Source of the DNA: Lama guanicoe
Taxonomy: Eukaryota
Reading direction: 5' to 3'
Assembly (NCBI GenBank): GCA_013239625.1
Contig: MU054575.1
Span: forward strand, 5,162,498-5,226,497
Length of the DNA stretch: 64,000 bases
This document shows, piece by piece, positions 46,982 to 59,300 of the stretch. The position numbers were made by a program, and so were the translations under genes. The stretch's first letter is position 1. The number at the start of each line of letters is the position of its first letter. Below the pieces are notes generated by a model. The model made no database searches. It was not told the DNA's origin and saw only the letters and a list, made by a program, of their open reading frames with translations.

Positions 46982-49541
46982 ATGGGGGCTCTAAGGCCCT
47001 GGGCCCGATACGGGCTACTGGTTGTGGCCCACCTGCTTGCTCTGGGGCTTGGGGCTGCAGTGTTCCAGGCCCTGGAGGGACCTCCAGCACTCCGGCTCCA
47101 GGCCAAACTCAGGGCCGAGCTGGCCATTTTCCAGGCAGAGTATGGGGCCTGCCTGCCCCCCGGGGCACTGGACGAGCTGCTGGACATCGCCCTGGCAGCC
47201 AAGGCCTACAGGGTTTCCAGCCTGGGCAATGGCTCTGAGACCAGGAACTGGGATCTGCCCTCGGCCCTGCTCTTCACTGCCAGCATCCTCACTACCACGG
47301 GTAAGGCCGCCATGCGGCCGGGCAGGAAGGGACTCTTGAGGCCATTGCTACCTGGGGTCCCTGGGGTTGCAGCCCTTCCCCTAGCCCCAGAGTGCTAGAC
47401 AGAGCCTTATTAGGCTTGATATCATGGCTGGGGCTCCCCACACCAACACACCCCAAATGGTGCCTCAACTTAAGCTGCCAGGAAGGGTGGGGCTGAGAGG
47501 CTACCCTTTGAGTCCCAGGAGAGGTACCCAGGCCCCATGGGCCTGTGGCAAGACTGAGAACACGTATTGTGGGATTGATTCTTGGACAGAGGGAAATGGA
47601 GTGAACCCAGGGAGTACAGATTAGGACCACCAACTTGGGAGGAGTGTGTGGGAAGACTTCTGGGGGAAGGTATGATGAGATCTTAGCCAAGGCAGGGGGG
47701 AACAGGGATGAGACATGAAGGGATTCCTGGCAGAGGGAACAGCATGTGTGAAGGCCCAGAGAAATAAAGCAATGGGACCCACAGCCCTGGGGTTTTCTGT
47801 CCTGCAAAGTGTCTAAACATTTTAAAAATTAAAGTCCATTTTTCCATCTTTTGGAAAAACTGGGAAACTAATTTGCACTGAGCCAGAATCCCTGCAAGCC
47901 AACATACTGGTTAGAGTCAAACAGGGCTTGCCCATTTGGAGCAGAGTACATGCTCTCCAGCCCACCCCAGTCTCTACCACTCCTTTTTGTCTCACATCTC
48001 GCCCCTCTAGGCATTTGAGTTTACAACTCTAGCCTAGCCAGTCCTGTTCCCCAGCATGCCGGTCACTGCCACCTGTTGAGACTCAGCCTCCCCCAATGGC
48101 TTGTGGGAGTTGTAGTCCAGGCTCCTCTTCCTGCCTTTGCACATGCTTTTCCAGGCTCAAATGCCCTCTTTCAAGCACACTGCCTCTTTGGCAGCCTTTC
48201 ATGCTGGTGTCTTGACTGATTTTCCTGCCTGCCTCCCCACCGGAGCCTAGGCGGACTTAGATTCCAGCACAAGATCTGGCACACAGGATGAACCGATACA
48301 CTTTCAGGAATGAAAGAGTGGGTAATGTCTCATCTGGTGGATTTGGAAGTATCAGTCGAGGGCAGAGCTGAGGAATCTCTCAGAAAGCCAGGCTGTCTCA
48401 GAGGCAGGACAGCAGCTCTCAGAATTGTCCTAGTACAAAAGGCCTGGGGGGACAGTCACTTTTAATATTTTCATTTTCCAGGAAAATAAGAGTGGCCCAG
48501 AGAGGTTAAGGGACTTGCCCAAGATCCCTAGTGAAGGAAGAGCAGAGCCAGACAGAGACCATGGGCCTGAGCAGTTTCGGCAATCTCAGCCACCAGAGGG
48601 CAGCCTTCTGCCAGAGCCAGGCTGTGGGAAGTCGACACCTGGCAGGGCAGGCATCCCACTCAAGGGCTCGGTGCTCACCAACTCTCTTCTCTCCAGGTTA
48701 TGGCCACATGGCCTCGCTATCAGCAGGTGGAAAAGCCTTCTGCATGGTCTATGCGGCCCTGGGGCTGCCAGCCTCCCTAGCACTTGTGGCTGCACTGCGC
48801 CACTACCTGCTGCCTCTGCTCAGCCGCCCTAGTGCCTGGGTAGCCACCCGCTGGCAGCTGACGCCGAGCAGGGCTGCGTTGCTGCAGGCCACTGGACTGG
48901 GCCTGCTAGTGGCTGGTACCTTTGTGCTGCTGCCAGCACTGCTGCTGTGGGGTCTACGGGGTAACTGCAACCTGCTGGAGGCCATCTACTTCTGCTTCGG
49001 CTCGCTCAGCACCATCGGCCTAGGGGAACTGCTGCCTGGTCATGGCCGTGGCCTGCATCCAGTGCTTTACCATCTGGGCCAGTTCGCACTTCTGGGTGAG
49101 TCCAGCTGCCAAGGAGAGTGTGGGGGAGGAGAGGCAGGAAGAGGAGTCTGGACTACAACTCCCACAAGCCATTGGGGAGGCTGAGTCTCACAGGTGGAAG
49201 GACCCTGCCCTAGGGCATGGTGTGGGAGCTGCAGTCCACACTTTAAGAAAACTGAGGGTGGGTAGAGTGCTGGGAGGTGGGTGGGTTGCATTACCAGAGC
49301 CCTGAGAGCTGCCCTAGTAGCCACTCCCCCGCCAGGTTACTTGCTCCTGGGGCTCCTGGCCATGCTGCTGGCCGTGAAGACATTTTCAGAGCTGCCCCAG
49401 GTCCACGCCATGGTGAAGTTCTTCGGATCCAGTGGCCCTTTGAACGCTGAGGACCAAGATGGCATCCTAGGCCAGGATGAACTGGCTCTGAGCACCCTGC
49501 CACCTTCAGCCGCAGCCCCAGAACAGGCCCTAGCTTGCTGA
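46982..49541 (+). CDS. KCNK7: Two-pore-domain potassium channel subfamily K member 7, 3 exons, 307 aa
   Basis: Exons 46982-47300, 48697-49095, 49336-49541 (924 nt). P1 filter TTTGYG across the first junction; P2 STIGLG; four hydrophobic TM segments; synteny between MAP3K11 and EHBP1L1. Confidence 0.95.
47775..48035 (+). mobile_element. MER102-like hAT-Charlie fossil in KCNK7 intron 1
   Basis: catgctctccagcccaccccagtctctaccactcc...tctcaca...aggcatttgagtttacaactct resembles the MER102 3' part. Confidence 0.6.
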
Positions 49542-49668
49542 CAGGTGTCAGATGATAGAGCTCCTTTCAGGTGGAGCAGCCTGAGGAGGAAGCCATGGGG
49601 GAGGGGCTGGAGAAGCCTCTGGAGGTGGTAGGGAAGAGGGTGGATGTGAGGACCTCAGAGAATGTGTT

Positions 49669-49681
49669 AATAAAAAATAAA
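49669..49681 (+). terminator. KCNK7: Tandem polyadenylation signals of KCNK7
   Basis: AATAAA at 49669-49674 and 49676-49681, about 130 nt after the stop. Confidence 0.75.
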
Positions 49682-49947
49682 ATTGGCAACACTGCAGGCT
49701 GTGTTTTCAGCTCTTCTTTGGAAATGAGACCTCCCTACAGCGATCAACAACCCAAACCCCATCATCCTTTGAAGGCCAAGGTCAGGCCTCTGGTCCGGTC
49801 TCCGCTGGCTGCTGAGAAACCTCAAAGCCGCAAAGCCCCACTTAGGATCGCAGACGACCTTATCGGCCAAGGCCCCACCCCTTTCCGCCTATTGAAAGTG
49901 CCGGTAGTCCTGAGAAAGCCCGGGCGCAATGGTTTGGCCTTTCTAAC

Positions 49948-49953
49948 TTTATT
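49948..49953 (-). terminator. EHBP1L1: Polyadenylation signal of EHBP1L1
   Basis: TTTATT on plus (AATAAA on minus) about 400 nt after the stop. Confidence 0.75.
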
Positions 49954-50353
49954 GCTCGCGAGTAACAGGAAGGCGGGTAGGGCGGGGGCGCGGCAGTTCA
50001 CGAGCCATCCCTCTCCCCTGAGGCTGGCCGGCCGGGCCCTGCCCTCGAGAAAGAGCTCTGGGGGCGCGCCTGGGACCCTCCGCCCGCCGCGAACACACGC
50101 ACACACACTCACACGGACTAATAAATACGGCCCGGACGGCGCGGCCGCCCAGCCGCTCCTGTCCTTCGGGGCCCGAAGGGCCGCGCTTCCCCTCCACCTG
50201 AAGGGTGACGGCGGCCCCTACCGGCCGTGCGCGGCATCCGGGAGGGTCCGGGCCTCCCGAGCGCAGGTCCGAAGCGGCGACCCGGCGCGGCGGCGAGAAA
50301 AGCTGCGGTCCGGTTGGACCAGGAGGGGCGAAGACGTCTGGGCCCGCGCGGCC

Positions 50354-53300
50354 TCAGCTCAGCACGCAGCGTTCGCGCCGGCTCAGCTGCCGGCTCAGCT
50401 TGCGGCGCCGCTGCTCCAGGCCGCGTTCCAGGCGCTCGTCCTCCTCCAGGGCGCTGGGAGGGATCGGGTTAAAGTCAGCCCCAGTGTCGGGCCCCACACG
50501 CGGGCTGCCCCCCGGGGTCACGACCGAGCACCCCTCAGAGTACACCCCTGGAGCCTTCCCGGCTCCCAGAGCATCCTGGTCCCACTTACGTCCGCTCCTT
50601 CTGGTCCAGGTCCCGGACCAGCTCGTCGCGCTGGTTCACCAGCGACACCAACTCTTCCAGCAGCAGCTGCTCTCGGTGCTGCTGCGCGGCCGTTTTCAGC
50701 CAGTCTGAGGGCAGAGGAGTCTGGGGGTCAGGGGGTGCCCGCCCCTGCCCTGTCCTACCCCCCAGCCCCTGTGCCCCATCTCCCACCTTCAATGGCCAGC
50801 ATGGCCCGCAGCTCCCGGCTAAGCAGCTCGAACCTCCGCTCCAAGTCCTGCTCTTCGATGCTGGGGGGTGGGGTGCCAGGTTAGGGAAAGGGGAATGGGA
50901 GGGAGTGACCAGGGTTTTGAACACTCCCTGGCCCCCATCCCACCTGACCGCCAGTTTCCAGTGAGGGCTGGGCCAAGGGCAGAGTTATACCCCAGTCCCC
51001 CCAGGGAATTATCTCTTGTTTCAACTGTTCTCCACTTGCTGGATATTTATATTGTCTCCTCCCCCAACCCAACCCTCTTTTTTAAAAATAAGAAACAACC
51101 TGGAAGGATTATTTGGATGAACATTACTCATAAACAGCAAGTATTAGACTAAAATTGTTTTGAAAAATGATCCAAAATGCAAAAGGGAGGCAGAACCACC
51201 TCTACCATGCAGGACTATGATGGCAATGATGGCAGAGAATTGCTTCTGCCCTCACATGAGAAACCAGCTCAGCTGTCTCTAAACCTCAGCGTTCCTTACT
51301 GTAAAGGAACAGGGTCAACTGGGGTGCTCAGCACTGACCTACCACATTTTTCTTTGGGCCTCAATTCTCTCATTCACAAAAATATTGCCAATTCAAGAGA
51401 TATACACTATATTCAGAAAATTAGGGGGGAAATTAAGATGGTTGAGCACTTTCTAAAAAAAAATCGTTGAAAGAAGCAAGCAGTAAACAGTTCTGATCAA
51501 AGTAGTTAAGATTCCATCTGTTCTGCTGGCCCTGGGTGGGCAGGGGTGGGGCCTAGACAGGGAAGGACCAGCACTCACAGCAGCTGCAGCTGGTCCTGCC
51601 TCCGAATGAGAGCGTTCTTCTTGTTGACCAGTGTGAACCACTCCTGGATCAGCACCTCCTCCTGCAGCCTGTTGGCACCTAATTGGGCCAAGCCAGTCAC
51701 CAGGCCTGCCACCAACACCTGTGTCAGGAGTAGGGAGGCTGGGGAGGGGGAGAGGTGTCTTGTTCCCTTGTGGCATCCCAGAAGCCAGAGCTGTGTGCCT
51801 CAGCGTGCCTCCTCCAGCCTTGGCTCCACCCAACTCTTCCCAGGGTCAGAAAGAGCTGCAGGGCAGGGCAGATCTGGCAGCATGTGTGAGGGAGTGGACT
51901 CCAGATGCCTGCCCCACCTGACTCCATGAGGCTCCTCAGCTGCGTCTCCACCTCGGCTGCCCGCCCATCTATCTGCCTCTGCTCCTGCTCCAGGGCCTGT
52001 AGCTCTGCGCACACGTACTGACTTGTGTCCTGGAACCGTTGCTGGGTTGGAGAGAGGGGGCAGAGGACAGGGTGGGCTCAGCCCAGGCCCCACCTAGGAA
52101 GCCCACCTATCAGCCCCTCCCACCTCAGCCCTGCTTACCAGCCCAGCCTCCTCCCCTGGGCTTGGGGGCGGTTCCTCTGATGTCCCACCTGTAGAAAGAG
52201 ACAAGGCTAAGGGACCCCCAACTGACACCTGCCCCCAGAAGGTCCCCGGCTCAGCAACTGTGTGCAGCCTGAGTTGAGATGAGTCACCATCCCTTCAAAA
52301 CTACTCACCTGGGGGCTGCTGTGGGGCTGTGGCTGTGGGTGGGCCAGGGGCAGGGCTGGGGTCAGGGCTCATGCCTTCCTGTAGAGGAAGAGGCCAGTAA
52401 GGGCTTGGAGGGGCTCCCCGAGAGCCCACCCTGGGGCCAGCCAGAGCCTTGCACACACAGGGCAGAGGGTCCTCAATTCCAGGCCCTGCCCACCTCAGCA
52501 GCTTCCCAGTCCTGCAAGTACAGAACTCCACTACCACCCGCTCTGGGAAAAGTGCCTCCTCCAGCAAAGGCCACAGCCTTCACCGTCCCAGGCCCTGTGG
52601 TCCTGGGCCAGTCCACTCCCACTCCCTGGGGAGTTCCGGGGGCCTCACAGGGCATTTGTGAGGGTGAAACTCTGTGGTGGGCCCACCTGGGGGCCTCTCT
52701 TCCCTCACGCCCCCTCCTCCATGTTGCTCCCTCAGGCCACCTCAGACTCCATCACCGACTGCTGGCATCTCCATCAGGGCCAGGGCCTCACACAGCAACA
52801 CTGACCTGACCTGGTGTGGTCGTCGTTAAGCCAGTACCTCTACCTCCTGAACAAAACGGAGCACCCTTCTGCCTGACCAATTCCCATACCTAGAGAATGC
52901 TGCGCTCTTCACAAAACACTCGGAACAGGACAGGTGGCTGGATCTACCAATTGTAGCCTAGAAGGGCAGAGCTGGCCCCTCATGTGTTCTGCCCCTGGCA
53001 ACTTGCTGAGACTGTCAGCCCTACAGGCCCCCAACTTTCAGCTCAGCTGATAACCTGGCCCCCTTGATAGCTCCTGCTCTGGCCACCTCTCAATGTCACC
53101 AGGTGGGAAGAAGGGGTTAAGCCACCTCACTGTCCACTCTACTCTGCACCTCCCTGAGTGGCAGTCCACTCAGATGCCATCCTCTCTGGCCTGGGTCAGT
53201 GGCGGCCTCTCCACCAGCCAACACCCACGCCCTGCCTGTTGACTTCATCCTCAAGCCACAACTGAGAGATCTCCCTAAAACCTTCACCCCTCAATGGTGT

Positions 53301-56300
53301 CACTCTCTCCCCACCCCACCTCAGCCCTCAGCCTCCTTGCCAAGGCCTGTTGGCAGCTCCAGTCCCAACTCCTACTGCCCTGAGCCCTACCCAGATGCCA
53401 CCCTCTGGCCACAGTGATGGACTTTCGCTTCCCCAAATCATTTCCTCAGCCTGGAGCCAGCCTCTGTCTTGGGCAACTGGACACCCACTCAACCTTCATG
53501 ACCCAGCTCAGCCCCACCTCCTCCAGAGGCCCCTTCACACAGTTTTCTTCCTTCCTGACTTTCATGCCTCCTGAAGCTTCCTTGACCCCCAGGTTGGGCA
53601 GATACTCCCACACCACGGTGCCCGAGACTTCTCCCATCACAGATGTGACCCCACGGCTGCTGGGTACCCAGGTCTACTCAACCAGAGGCAGCCCCTGTGT
53701 ACAGGATGGGGTCCAAAGGATGCACTCAGGGTACACCGGATAACAATTATGGCTGATGTCCAGTAAACATTTATTTGTGTGGGGGGCAGTGTGTATGCAC
53801 TGACTTATTTAGTTCTCCCAACAACACTGTGAGGCAGGGATGAGTACCACCCCCACTTTACAGATGAGGAAACGGAGAGTCAGAGGTGACACTCATACAG
53901 GGCCTGGCTTATGCCCAGGGCTGTCTGATCCAAAGGTTTATTCCCTAGTTTAGCCACTGATTTGCTGTTTCCTCGGGCCAGTCACACACACTGGGCCTGT
54001 TTGTGTCCTTGTACGTAAAATGGGGAGAAATTCCAGCCCCATGTAAGATGGGGGTTGCTGGGCTCCAGAAAGGCATGTGGGGGAAAACATAGCTCCCCTT
54101 TTTTTGACAGCACCCTACAGTGGTGCCTCAACGACACTTTGCAGAGAACTTTTATGCCTTTGCTTCTCTCAGGAAAAGAAAATAGAGATTAAGTGGCTTG
54201 TCCAGGGTCACACAGCCAGTTAAGAGTGCTCAGCCCAGTAGAGGGCGCCATGTTAGAGCTGAGCCTCAAAACCCAGGTTCACATGTGTATCAACTCCCTT
54301 TGTCTCTTTCTTCGTCTCCCTGAGCCTCAACATTTCCACTTACAAAATGGGGTAACTGTTCCTCCCCAAAAAGGGCATTGTAGGAGTTGGTGAGGAGTTG
54401 ATGAGGGGCTATGGGGCCAGGCACACAGCAAGTGCTCAACCGACAGGGCAGGCAGGGGGAGGAGGATGGAGAAACCCCAATCTCAGCAGCAACTAAGCTT
54501 ACTCATGCCAACCCTGATGGGAACTCCAATGCTTCCTCACATCTGACCCAAATTCCCCTTTCTACACCCTCATGTGTGGCCCCTCCTCCAGGAAGCCTTG
54601 CTGGGCTGCACCAGAGGCAGGCATCCTGCCCTCCTCATGGCATTGCTTCACCCCTCCTCAGTTTCAAGGTGCCTGACTTCGTTGCATTCAGAACTTTGGG
54701 AGCTCGCAAGGCCGGGGAAGGTCCTACCTCCTCCCATTGCACACAGGAGTATGCGATGTGAGTGGCCAATGTGGAGGAGTCCCCTCCAGTCCCAAGGGTT
54801 AAATATCTCCTGTGGGACAAGGGCTGGAGGAGGGCCTGGCTTGGAAGGGCCAGGTGCTGGGACTTAGGCCCAGAAGGATGAAGCCTCCCCTTTTAAGATA
54901 TAAAAAGCCATTGACACACATTAAGGGGGCTTTGGTCAAAGACCAACAGACAGGCCGAGGATAGCTGTCTAACACACCTGCTGTGGGTGCCTTCAGTGCC
55001 CTCCCTGTTTCTCATTCATAGTCTCAGTGCTGCACTTCAGACCCTGCACTCAAGGCTCCTGCTCTCCTGGCCAGCCACATCACTGCCTGCGGACCTTACG
55101 GGATGTGACTGGCACTTTCCTAAACAAGACCTGAGCTTTCCTGCTGCCACTTTTATGCTTGGGAGGTCCTGCCTCTTGAGAACCCCCCCACCGATTCTTC
55201 ACCTGGGAAAAGCTGCCCATCTTATCAGCCTGGCTCAAATGGCTGCCTCTTCCACAAAGACTTTCCTTAGAACTCAGGGGTCATCCCTGCACAGCTGAAG
55301 GCTTGGAGTGGCCCAACAGAGCTGCCCCTGCTGTCCAAGACGGTGCAGCTGGAAAGCACATGGCCTGGACTTCAGTGACTGTGAGTCCTTAAGCAAATCC
55401 CTGCCCTCTCTGGGACCACCTCCCCTTCAGTGCAGTACAAGACACCCTGGGAGACTGACCGGAGACCTGCAAGGGATCGGGCGAAATGGGTACCCAGCAG
55501 GGTCTCCCATCTCCAACCTTCCATTATCAGAGAAGAGAGAAAACTAGCCTCTAGTATCTGGAGTTAAAGATTCAAATCAGAGACTCTTGCGGTTGGGAGG
55601 CTCCAGAGAGCTCCCTTGAGTATAGAAACCCTGCTCCCAGTTTACAGGGAAGCTGGCTGACCCCCCGCCACCTGCGGAGAAAGAAATGCCCCCAACCCAT
55701 TTTCTAGTTCATAAAGAGCTCTACGCTGGGTGCCAGCTACACAGAGCCTTGTGGGAACTTTTCACTAACTGGGTGCCAAGCCTTTAAAAGCACTAGCATA
55801 TGCCCCAAGGTTGGCAACAAAGTCGGGCCCCCGCCCCAGGAGCGGCTCTGAGCCAGGCAGGTCTGTGTGCCCCGAGATGAGGAGCTCGCTAGCTACCTCG
55901 TCCTCGCGGAGGGCTCGTCTGCCGCACGGGTCCCTCCAATCAAAAAGCGCCTCCCCGCGTCCAGCGGAGGCCTCCCCCAACCCCGCGCACTAGCTCAGCC
56001 TGCGGCTCCCGGACCCCCGCGCCTCAGGAGGGCACTCACCGCTGCCGCTCCGCCAGCTCCCGGGGCTCCCGAGTCCGGATCGTCCACAGAGAAGGAGTTG
56101 CTGTTCCGCAGCCTCGAGCGCCTCTTCTTCAGCAGGTCTGCGTCGCGCACGTGAGAGAAGGAGCCATGCGCGCGGGGAGGGGCCACGGGCCCAGCCTCCG
56201 CGTTGACCGACGGCCGCCGCAGCTTCACGCCGCCCGCGGCGCCCGGCGCCCCCACCCCATTCACCAGACCCTCTCCCGGAGGCGCGGACGCCTGCCCATT

Positions 56301-59300
56301 GGCCGGGGCGCCGGCGGAGCGCGCCTCCTGGGCAGCCACGGCCCCGCGGTCCTTGGAGGCCACCTCAGGGGCCACTCCGTCTGCGCGGGTGACGGCCTCC
56401 TGGGGTTCCTGGGTCGCCTCGGCCCGGTGCTCGCGCAGCCGCTGCGCCAGGCCGCTGGCGTCCAGGTCGTCGGGCGGACTCCGCTGGGCGCTAGCCACGC
56501 GGTACGTGCCGGCGCCGCCGCCGCCCTCCAGCTGCACCAACTGCAGCTCCTGCCCTGTGCAGAAGGCGCGGATCTGGCACAGGTACGTCATGACAATGAG
56601 TTTGTCGGGCACAGTCAGCAGCACCATGTCCGCCGGCTCCAGCAGCCGCGATACGCCCAGGGCCGCGAAGCCATCGAAGGCCTAGGAGCAGTGCGTTAGG
56701 GTCAGCGGTGGCGGGCGTTACCCAGTGACACTGCGGTCCCCGGCTGGTACCACCCAGGGGGTCCCTGCAACGGGCATGCCAGGGTTTGCCAACAACGCCT
56801 GCACCCTCCTATTGGAAGAAATCTAGCAACAGGGCCCGCCCCCGCGTTACCCAGCAACTGCACACCAAAGGGTGGTTTCCAAAACACCATCTGGTGGAAA
56901 TATGCTTTAAAAAAACAAAGCTAAACTAAGAAAAATGAACACTTTAAAGACCAAAAGGGTAATAAGTGGCAGAACTTCCAAAAGCCACAGCTGGGGCCCT
57001 GAGGCCCAGACTCCTCTTCTCCACACAGATAGACAAATCTTAAACACCTAGGCCTGGCTTTACACCCTCTTTCCCTCCAGGCATCACTCCCTCCCCATCT
57101 CACCTGCTTGTTGTTCTGTTTGATGTTGAGTGGGTCAAGGGAGGCAAAGTTGCTGCAGAGAGAGCAAGGATCAGAGGCTGGATTCACACCAGCCTCCCAG
57201 CAGGCTCCCCCATTCATTTGCACCCCCTCTGGCAGCTCACATCTTGTCTGGGTAGAATCGATGCAGGATGGCACAGAAGGCCAAGCCGTTGCGCCATGAT
57301 GTGGTAAAGTTGGTGATGCGGACACCACGGTAGCCAGCGGTGACTTCCTGGCACCACTCCAGCAGGGACTGGCTAAAGCTCACCAGGGCAGGCGGTGCCT
57401 GGGGACACAGGGAAGGGCTTAGGAAATGTGAACATGGGACTTGTACTCTCTGCCCCTTGGGCACAAAAGAGCTTCAGCTCTGGGTTTGCAGGAGTCACCG
57501 CAGACTGCTGGACCTAGCTTTATGGTCAGGCAAAAAGGTTTCCAGCTCTGCAGTTATCTACCAAAGTCACCTACAAGGTCAGTGACCCCCAGGCAAGATC
57601 AGAAGTCACCAGCAGCCACACCTCCAGGTCAGCCCAGAAAATTAGCTCTAGGAGTGTCCCACTCCATGCAGCCCAGGGAAGACAGGGTAGAGGAGCCAGG
57701 GCATCTTGAGAGAGGAGCAGGTGAGGGGCTCCTTAAAGCTGAGCCCCTGTCCCACCCCANNNNNNNNNNNNNNNNNNNNNNNNNNNNNNNNNNNNNNNNN
57801 NNNNNNNNNNNNNNNNNNNNNNNNNNNNNNNNNNNNNNNNNNNNNNNNNNNNNNNNNNNNNNNNNNNNNNNNNNNNNNNNNNNNNNNNNNNNNNNNNNGG
57901 AAGAGGCCCCCAAGGGCCTGGGCACCCCAGCCCCTGCCCCACTGGCCACCTGCGCCTCAATCAGGCTGGCCTCTGGGAGGTTTCCCTCAGCTTCTTTTCC
58001 CTTCTCGGTTCCTGAGACCCCAGCCTCTGCTTCCTGGGCCTCGAAAATACCAGATTGGTTCTCTGAAGCCCCTGGAACCTCCATCTCTGCTTCATTGGCT
58101 TCCCAAACCCCAGACATGGCCTCTGAAACCCCCCAAACCCCAGCCTCTGCCTCCTGGCCCCTCAAAATTGTAGTCTCTGCCTCTGCTCCCTGGGACTCTA
58201 AAATTCCATGCTTTATGACTGGGACCCTTAAAGCCTCATATTTGAGGGTCCTCCAGAGTCCAGTCTCTGCCTCCTGGACCCCAGAAGTTTTGGCCTTTGC
58301 TTTCTCAGCCTCTAAAACTGTACTTTCTGTCTGTTGACAGACAGTCTCCAGTCCCTCAGCCTCTACCATTCTAGCCTCTGGCCTTGAAAACCCTGAATTA
58401 CCCACTTCTGTCTCCTCAGGCCCCACTATCTTAGTCTCTGTTCCTGGGACCCCTGAACCCCCAAATGCCATCTCCTGGGTCCCCAATATCTCAGCTTCTG
58501 CCGTCTTAGTCTCTGTCTCTGGGACCCCTGAACCCACTACCTCTGTCTCCTGCGTCCCCAATATCTCAGCTTCTGCTGTCTCACTCTCTACCTCTGGGAC
58601 CCCTGAACCCCCTACCTCTGTCTCCTGGGTCCCCAGTATCTCAGCTTCTGCTGTCTCAGTCTGTATCTCTGGGACCCCTGAACCCACTACCTCTGTCTCC
58701 TGGGTCCCCAATATCTCAGCTTCTGCTGTCTCAGTCTCTATCTCTGGGACCCCTGAACCCCCTACCTCTGTCTCCTGGGTCCCCAATATCTCAGCTTCTG
58801 CTATCTCACTCTCTACCTCTGGGACCCCTGAACCCCCTACCTCTGTCTCCTGGGTCCCCAATATCTCAGCTTCTGCTGTCTCACTCTCTATCTCAGGGAC
58901 TCCTAAACCCCCTACCTCTGTCTCCTGGGTCCCCAGGATCTCAGCTTCTGCTGTCTCAATCTCAAACCCTGTGACCTCAGAACCTTCTAACTCTGTTTCC
59001 TGGGTTCTTGTTATCTCTGATTTTATCTCTGAGACCCCTGAAAACCTCACCTCTGTCTCCTGGGCCCCCAATATTTCAGATTCTGCTCTCTCAGCTTCTA
59101 TTTTCAGCACTCTTGAACCCCCAGATATCTCCGGGGTCCCTAGTATCTCAGTCTCTGACACCACAGTCTTTATCCCCAGAACTCCTGAACCCCCAGCCTC
59201 TGTTTCCTGCATCCCCAGTACCTTATACTCTGCCACCCCAGCCTCTGTCCCGGGGGCCCCTAAAATCCTTACCCCTGTTTTCTGGGTCCCTAGTTCCTTA

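Noticed and set aside
49571-50884. 437-aa plus-strand ORF
   Set aside because: Starts at GTG, crosses the KCNK7 poly(A) signals, lies antisense to the EHBP1L1 3' CpG island and shows no domain. Long ORFs are expected in stop-poor GC-rich DNA.
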